IMG/VR virus record: IMGVR_UViG_3300032237_000364
Coordinates: 1-52,047 of that record
DNA length: 52,047 nucleotides
Strand: one strand, 5' to 3'
Source: a virus
Lineage: Duplodnaviria; Caudoviricetes
Positions 47,372 to 52,047 of the stretch are shown here, piece after piece. Under the pieces are notes generated by a model that saw nothing but the letters and a program-made list of their open reading frames with translations, searched no databases and was not told where the DNA came from. Position 1 is the first letter of the stretch. Each line of letters opens with the position of its first letter. Position numbers and translations under genes: made by a program.

Positions 47372-48220
47372 ATGTCAACAGTAAACGACAATTATCCAGT
47401 ATCAGACGAGAAGTTAAAAGAACTTGCTCTGCAATCTTATCAACAGGCTCAAGTACGAAAGTCCAATTTCCCTACAGAAATAGTATCACTTCCTTCTCAA
47501 GGAAAAGTGTATCCAGAAGGCAATCCACTACGTAGTGGACAAATAGAAATGAAATACATGACTGCTAGAGAAGAAGACATTTTAACTTCACAAAATTTAA
47601 TTCGCCAAGGAGTTGTTTTAGATAAGTTGATGCAGTCAATGATTGTATCTCCTATCAATTACAATGATTTGGTTATAGGAGATAAAAATGCAATCATGAT
47701 TGCTGCTCGTATTTTAGGATATGGAAAGGATTATGACATCGATGTTGTATGTCCTTCCTGCAGCGAGAAAAATCCAGTATCCGTGGATTTAACTAAATTG
47801 CCAGAGAAAAACATTCCTGATACAGTGAAACTGACAAATGTAAATGAATTTGAATTTCAGTTGCCACAGTCTAAAAGGATTGTAACTTTTAAGTTTTTAA
47901 CACATGGCGATGAAAAAGCAGTTCAGACTGAATTAGATGTATTGAAGAAAGGAGCTAAGAAAGATGCTGTAGATAAAGAACTATCAACAAGATTGAAATA
48001 TACAATACAATCTGTTGACGGTAATTACGAAAAGTCTTTCATTGAAAATTTTGTTGACAATGAATTGTATGCAATGGACTCGAAAGCTCTTCGTAAGTAT
48101 ATAAGAGAATGTTCTCCAGACCAAAAGTTTGAAATTCCATTTACATGTACAAACTGTGACCACGAACAGGAGGCGTTGTCATTTTCAATAGATACCAACT
48201 TTTTTTGGCCTAACTCCTAG
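47372..48220 (+). CDS. Tail assembly chaperone / baseplate hub assembly protein (gp26-like)
   Basis: LPSQGKVY, MTAREEDIL, CPSC and CTNC, C-terminal NFFWP; upstream of tape measure. Confidence 0.7.
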   Translation: MSTVNDNYPVSDEKLKELALQSYQQAQVRKSNFPTEIVSLPSQGKVYPEGNPLRSGQIEMKYMTAREEDILTSQNLIRQGVVLDKLMQSMIVSPINYNDLVIGDKNAIMIAARILGYGKDYDIDVVCPSCSEKNPVSVDLTKLPEKNIPDTVKLTNVNEFEFQLPQSKRIVTFKFLTHGDEKAVQTELDVLKKGAKKDAVDKELSTRLKYTIQSVDGNYEKSFIENFVDNELYAMDSKALRKYIRECSPDQKFEIPFTCTNCDHEQEALSFSIDTNFFWPNS

Positions 48221-48437
48221 TTACAAGCCAATATTACACGCTCAAATATTTGACATAATTTATTATGGTAACGGAGGATTTAATTGGAGCGATGTATATG
48301 ATTGGCCGATATGGTTAAGAAAGTTTTATTACAAGAAAATAGAAGAAGCTTTGAAGGCACAGAAAAAAGCAAGTGAAAAAGCTTCTAAAACAAAGAAATC
48401 CACGAAAGTTGACAGACCAGCTATTTTAAAAAGATAG
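48201..48437 (+). CDS. Start-less ORF in the +1 frame, probable frameshift extension of 47372-48220; not in the ORF track
   Basis: FFGLTPSYKPILHAQIFDIIYYGNGGFNWSDVYDWPIWLRKFYYKKIEE..; begins at a T7 run, with an in-frame TAG just upstream at 48189-48191. Confidence 0.7.
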   Translation, partial: FFGLTPSYKPILHAQIFDIIYYGNGGFNWSDVYDWPIWLRKFYYKKIEEALKAQKKASEKASKTKKSTKVDRPAILKR

Positions 48438-48489
48438 TTGGTCTTACAACTGTTTAGTAATTAGATATTTATTAAAAAGTATATACTAC

Positions 48490-48906
48490 ATGAAAGCATC
48501 TGAATTAAGAAAACTAATTAAAGAAGAAATAGTTAATGTTAAAAAACAGAAATTACGAGAAGATATACATTTTCTAGATGATGGATATAACGCGGCTCGT
48601 AAATTGTATGAAAATGTTTTAAGTTCTATTATGTCTCTATTTTTAGAACCCGGTGCTCGAAAAAAAGCCGAGGCGATAAAAACATCTCCAGAATATAAAG
48701 AGTTAGAGCAACAAATCAAAGTATCTTCAGATTCATTATCACAAATAACGAGGCGATTGGAAAGAAAAATTGATGAGTATGACTCATTAATTAAAGGACT
48801 ACAAAGCGATGGAATCGATGTTAAGATGGGTGACAGCATGGATAAAATTGTGCAGAAAGTCAAAAACAAACACAAAGACATTTTAAAGAAGTATAAAATA
48901 TACTAA
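48490..48906 (+). CDS. Hypothetical helical protein with MKASELRKLIKEEI leader
   Basis: 138 aa; promoter-like motif at 48466. Confidence 0.55.
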   Translation: MKASELRKLIKEEIVNVKKQKLREDIHFLDDGYNAARKLYENVLSSIMSLFLEPGARKKAEAIKTSPEYKELEQQIKVSSDSLSQITRRLERKIDEYDSLIKGLQSDGIDVKMGDSMDKIVQKVKNKHKDILKKYKIY

Positions 48907-48909
48907 TAA

Positions 48910-51279
48910 ATGGCTGAAGATAAAGACTTACTTAAAATACAAGCTAAGACATCTGAAGCGATTAAAACGCAGGCCGCGGCCGCTGAATCAAAGCAAAAAG
49001 CGCAGAAAAAAATTGCTGAGACTGCGAAAGATATCACAGCTTCAACTAAAGAATTGCTAAACATTGAGAGTGATTTACTTGATGTTGGTAAACAGCTATC
49101 ATACACACAATTAAAACGACTTGAATTACAACGAGGTATTTTAAAAGATCAATTATCTTCACTACAAGCCGATAAAAGTAAATTACTAGCTAGCGCTAAG
49201 AATTTCAAAGAAGTAGAAAAAGCTGCGAAAAAAGCAAAAGAAATAGCAGATTTAGAAACAGAAGCATTGCCACACAGAAAAAAATTGTTAGCAGCTCAAA
49301 AGGAACTAAACAAATTTCAAAACCAATATGTAAAATCAATCGAGACTTCCTTAGGATTTGTCGATAAAATAAATGAAAAGATTAAATCTATCCCAGTAGT
49401 CGGGGACTTTCTTTCAAATGCTTTAGGTCTGGATACGATTAAAGATGAGATTGAAAAAAAAATTGGAGATACACTGAATAATACATTTAAAAAGTCGGCG
49501 GTAGAGCAAAAAAAAGCGGCTGAAACTGCTTTAAAAAGCTATGATTCTCAAATAAATAAGTTGTCTGGGGTCGCTGCTTCTTCGACAGAAGTTGTGGAAT
49601 CTACAGAATCCATTGCTGCCGGCACTGAAGCGGGCGCAGCTGGTGCTTTGAGTATGTCAGCGGCCTTGGGAATGATGATTCCAATTGCTTTAGCTATTGC
49701 AGCTGCTTTTGAGTTAATTAAATTTGCAGTAGATATTAATAAACAGACTACTGAGTTAGCTAGAAATTTAGGAAAATCGAACAAAGAGGCACGTGTACTA
49801 CGTAAAGAAATGTCTGATATTTCAGTTAGTTCAGATAATGCACTAATGTCAATTAAAAATCAGACAGCTGCAATGGAGGCATTGGCTACTGAAGCAGGTA
49901 CAAATAAAATTATAAGTAAAGATTTAATTGAAAATCAAGTAGTTCTTACAAATAATCTAGGATTAACAGCAGAAGCGGCAGCTAAATTAAATACTACATT
50001 TGTTTCTATGGGCAAATCAGTTGGCGGGGCAACTGATGAAATAATGGAAACTGTTGCACAGACTGAAAAAGCTACAGGAGCGTCTATTAATATGAAAGAA
50101 GTTCTGACAGAAATCTCTTCAGTTTCTGCAGAAGTTAGAGGCTCATTCCAAGGAAATGTAAAAGCATTAACTTTACAAGTTATTAAAGCTAAGGCATTAG
50201 GACTTACTTTAGATAAAATAGCTGAAATTGGTAAACAGTCGCTTGAAATTGAATCTAGTATTGGAAAGGAAATGGAAGCGCGAGTTCTTACCGGAAAAGC
50301 TTTAGACTTAAATGCATTTCGTTTAGCAGCTTTGAATAAAGACCAGGCCGGTATGCAAAAAGAATTAGTTAAACAGACCGGTTCATTTGCCGAGTTCAAC
50401 AATCTAAATTCAATTGCACAGAATTCAATGGCAGAGGCATTCGGAATGACTGTATCAGAAATGGCTAATATGTTACAGAAGGGAGAGTTGATGAAGAAGT
50501 TAAATACAGATTTAACTAAAATATCATACGATGAGTTAGCTAACAGAGAAGATTTAACTGCTGATGAAAAGGAAAGGTTGAAAACTATGAAACTCAACGC
50601 AGACGTAACCGATAAAATGGCTAAGGCTGCAGAATCAATGAAAGAAATATTCGCGGGTATGGCAGACGCGCTGCAGCCTGCACTAGATATCTTTGCTTCG
50701 ATGTTAAAACATACGACTGCAATAAGTACTATTATATATGGAATAGGAGGCTATATGGCTGGACAAATGTTAGTATCTGCAGGTAAATTAGTTGCTGCAT
50801 TCATTACTCAGTCAATAGCAGCAGAGGCTACTGCGGCTGCTACGACAACAACTTCAATTATGTCAACAATGGGAGCCGCAGCTGCGCTTATACCTATTGC
50901 TTTAGCAGGTGTTGCTGCGCTATACGGCGCTTTTAAATCTACAGGAGACTTAGCAATGCCAGCGTCCGGAGGCCCTATAGTAGCAAATCCTAGAGAAGGG
51001 ACTATATTCCAAGGAACTGCAAATGATGAAGTTGCAATGGCTCCTGGAATTTTAGGTCAGTTATCAAATTCAAACAGTGCTGGCAAAGAAATTTCTGTAA
51101 ATTCAGTATCAGCGGACAATTCTGAATTAGTATCGCTGTTGAAACAGTTAATAGCAAAAGTCGATCAGCCAGTACAAATTGTAGTTGGAAATAAAGTTAT
51201 AGACGAATTAGATACTCATATATCATTAAGAAAAACATACAATACAAAAGTTGACCATGGATATGGTGTGTTCGGATAA
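48910..51279 (+). CDS. Tape measure protein
   Basis: 789 aa, Ala/Lys/Leu-rich helical with hydrophobic stretches, after the tube and chaperone genes. Confidence 0.75.
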   Translation: MAEDKDLLKIQAKTSEAIKTQAAAAESKQKAQKKIAETAKDITASTKELLNIESDLLDVGKQLSYTQLKRLELQRGILKDQLSSLQADKSKLLASAKNFKEVEKAAKKAKEIADLETEALPHRKKLLAAQKELNKFQNQYVKSIETSLGFVDKINEKIKSIPVVGDFLSNALGLDTIKDEIEKKIGDTLNNTFKKSAVEQKKAAETALKSYDSQINKLSGVAASSTEVVESTESIAAGTEAGAAGALSMSAALGMMIPIALAIAAAFELIKFAVDINKQTTELARNLGKSNKEARVLRKEMSDISVSSDNALMSIKNQTAAMEALATEAGTNKIISKDLIENQVVLTNNLGLTAEAAAKLNTTFVSMGKSVGGATDEIMETVAQTEKATGASINMKEVLTEISSVSAEVRGSFQGNVKALTLQVIKAKALGLTLDKIAEIGKQSLEIESSIGKEMEARVLTGKALDLNAFRLAALNKDQAGMQKELVKQTGSFAEFNNLNSIAQNSMAEAFGMTVSEMANMLQKGELMKKLNTDLTKISYDELANREDLTADEKERLKTMKLNADVTDKMAKAAESMKEIFAGMADALQPALDIFASMLKHTTAISTIIYGIGGYMAGQMLVSAGKLVAAFITQSIAAEATAAATTTTSIMSTMGAAAALIPIALAGVAALYGAFKSTGDLAMPASGGPIVANPREGTIFQGTANDEVAMAPGILGQLSNSNSAGKEISVNSVSADNSELVSLLKQLIAKVDQPVQIVVGNKVIDELDTHISLRKTYNTKVDHGYGVFG

Positions 51280-51284
51280 AATTT

Positions 51285-51314
51285 AAAGTACTCCTCTTTT
51301 ATGGGGAGTATTTT
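51285..51314 (+). terminator. Rho-independent terminator after tape measure
   Basis: AAAGTACTCCTC-tttta t-GGGGAGTATTTT stem with G-U pairs. Confidence 0.65.
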
Positions 51315-51369
51315 CATGACTGTTTGAGTCTTTATTTTACATTTTTCTTAGATTGATAATTATTAATAT

Positions 51370-52047
51370 ATGGCTTTAGTAGATTTAAAATCCAATCTGT
51401 CTTGGTATGACACTCCACCAGCAGTAAATTACTTCCCAGATGAAAACTCAGGAGCAAAAGGATTTACTGATAATATGTATAAAAATGGAAGTAAGAAGCC
51501 ATCTCAATTTACTGTAGATGCCGACGCATTAAAAGTTCCTAGGACAAATTCAAAATATCCAGAGTTTACAGGAGACGGTACATTGAAAAATCAATTAGGT
51601 TTAGGTTCTCCATTTCGGTATTTAAAGAATGGAGCGTTTTCTACAAAAGTATTTTCAAATGCAGGAACTAATTCTAAAAATACATACGAATCCTCTATTG
51701 TTAATGGACAAAGTCATTTACTAGTAAAAGCAACAGAACAAAATTCCCCTTCAGCTATTGATGAAGAATATAAGAAACATAACCTACGAAATGAATCTTA
51801 TAATCCAACATACATGGCACAACCTTTCATTTTGAGAGGTATACAACGTAAAGGAGAAGAAAAGCCTCAATATTGGGGTTTTGGTTCAAAGCCAGGGTTT
51901 GATGATGGATTGATTAGAGGCGGAGCTGTTACAGTGGCAGACAGAATTGTTGCTGATACAGAAAGAATTGCAAAGTTCATGGCATCGCCTAAAGGTCTGT
52001 TATGGGTAGTTAAACAAATTGGCCTAGGATTGACCAATCCAAAAGTA
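51370..52047 (+). CDS. Partial ORF, probable tail/baseplate protein, truncated by the window end; not in the ORF track
   Basis: MALVDLKSNLSWY.. open to the window end (..LLWVVKQIGLGLTNPKV). Confidence 0.65.
   Translation, partial: MALVDLKSNLSWYDTPPAVNYFPDENSGAKGFTDNMYKNGSKKPSQFTVDADALKVPRTNSKYPEFTGDGTLKNQLGLGSPFRYLKNGAFSTKVFSNAGTNSKNTYESSIVNGQSHLLVKATEQNSPSAIDEEYKKHNLRNESYNPTYMAQPFILRGIQRKGEEKPQYWGFGSKPGFDDGLIRGGAVTVADRIVADTERIAKFMASPKGLLWVVKQIGLGLTNPKV

Larger units (their letters stand above)
2583..48473 (+). promoter_or_regulatory. Dispersed promoter-like motif ATATTTAT(T/A) upstream of genes
   Basis: TATTTAT(T/A) begins at 2583, 3521, 10018, 14074, 15360, 17832, 18596, 20533, 24928, 28562, 38740, 42403, 43591, 44182, 45071, 45746, 47346 and 48466; nearly all copies are intergenic and about 10-50 nt before an ATG. 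Confidence 0.75.

Noticed and set aside
144-50597. Numerous minus-strand and nested ORFs in the track (e.g. 8427-8927, 28798-29328, 33302-33763, 48486-48881, 49935-50597)
   Set aside because: They lie antisense to or inside well-supported + strand genes and show no recognisable motifs; treated as shadow ORFs.
1-52047. Stop-codon reassignment, tRNA or rRNA genes
   Set aside because: Core genes are full length in the standard code with TAA, TAG and TGA all used as stops; no cloverleaf or rRNA-like stretch was seen in the short intergenic gaps, though tRNAscan was not run.

Overview
A ~52 kb, AT-rich segment of a large T4-like (myovirus-type) dsDNA phage genome covering the virion morphogenesis region. 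Nearly all genes are on the + strand. Gene order: the 3' part of an SbcD/SbcC (gp47/gp46-like) nuclease-ATPase, tail fibres, a terminase large subunit split in two by an atypically split intein with an endonuclease between the halves, portal, prohead protease, scaffold, major capsid protein, PhoH, holin candidate and GH19 endolysin, neck proteins, sheath, tube, a chaperone-like gene with a probable frameshift extension, and tape measure. Eight free-standing endonuclease genes sit next to conserved genes. Main observations: (1) the trans-splicing TerL; (2) two unannotated homologous ~50-aa basic ORFs, each starting exactly 121 nt upstream of an unrelated endonuclease; (3) endonucleases whose C-termini are relic copies of the upstream host gene's C-terminus; (4) more than 10 unrelated cargo ORFs sharing an N-terminal 'KLKxLLxE'-type leader, suggesting a modular capsid-targeting and protease-release system; (5) a recurrent ATATTTAT promoter-like motif, once embedded in a hairpin abutting an endonuclease start codon. 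All calls come from reading motifs by eye; no database searches were run.
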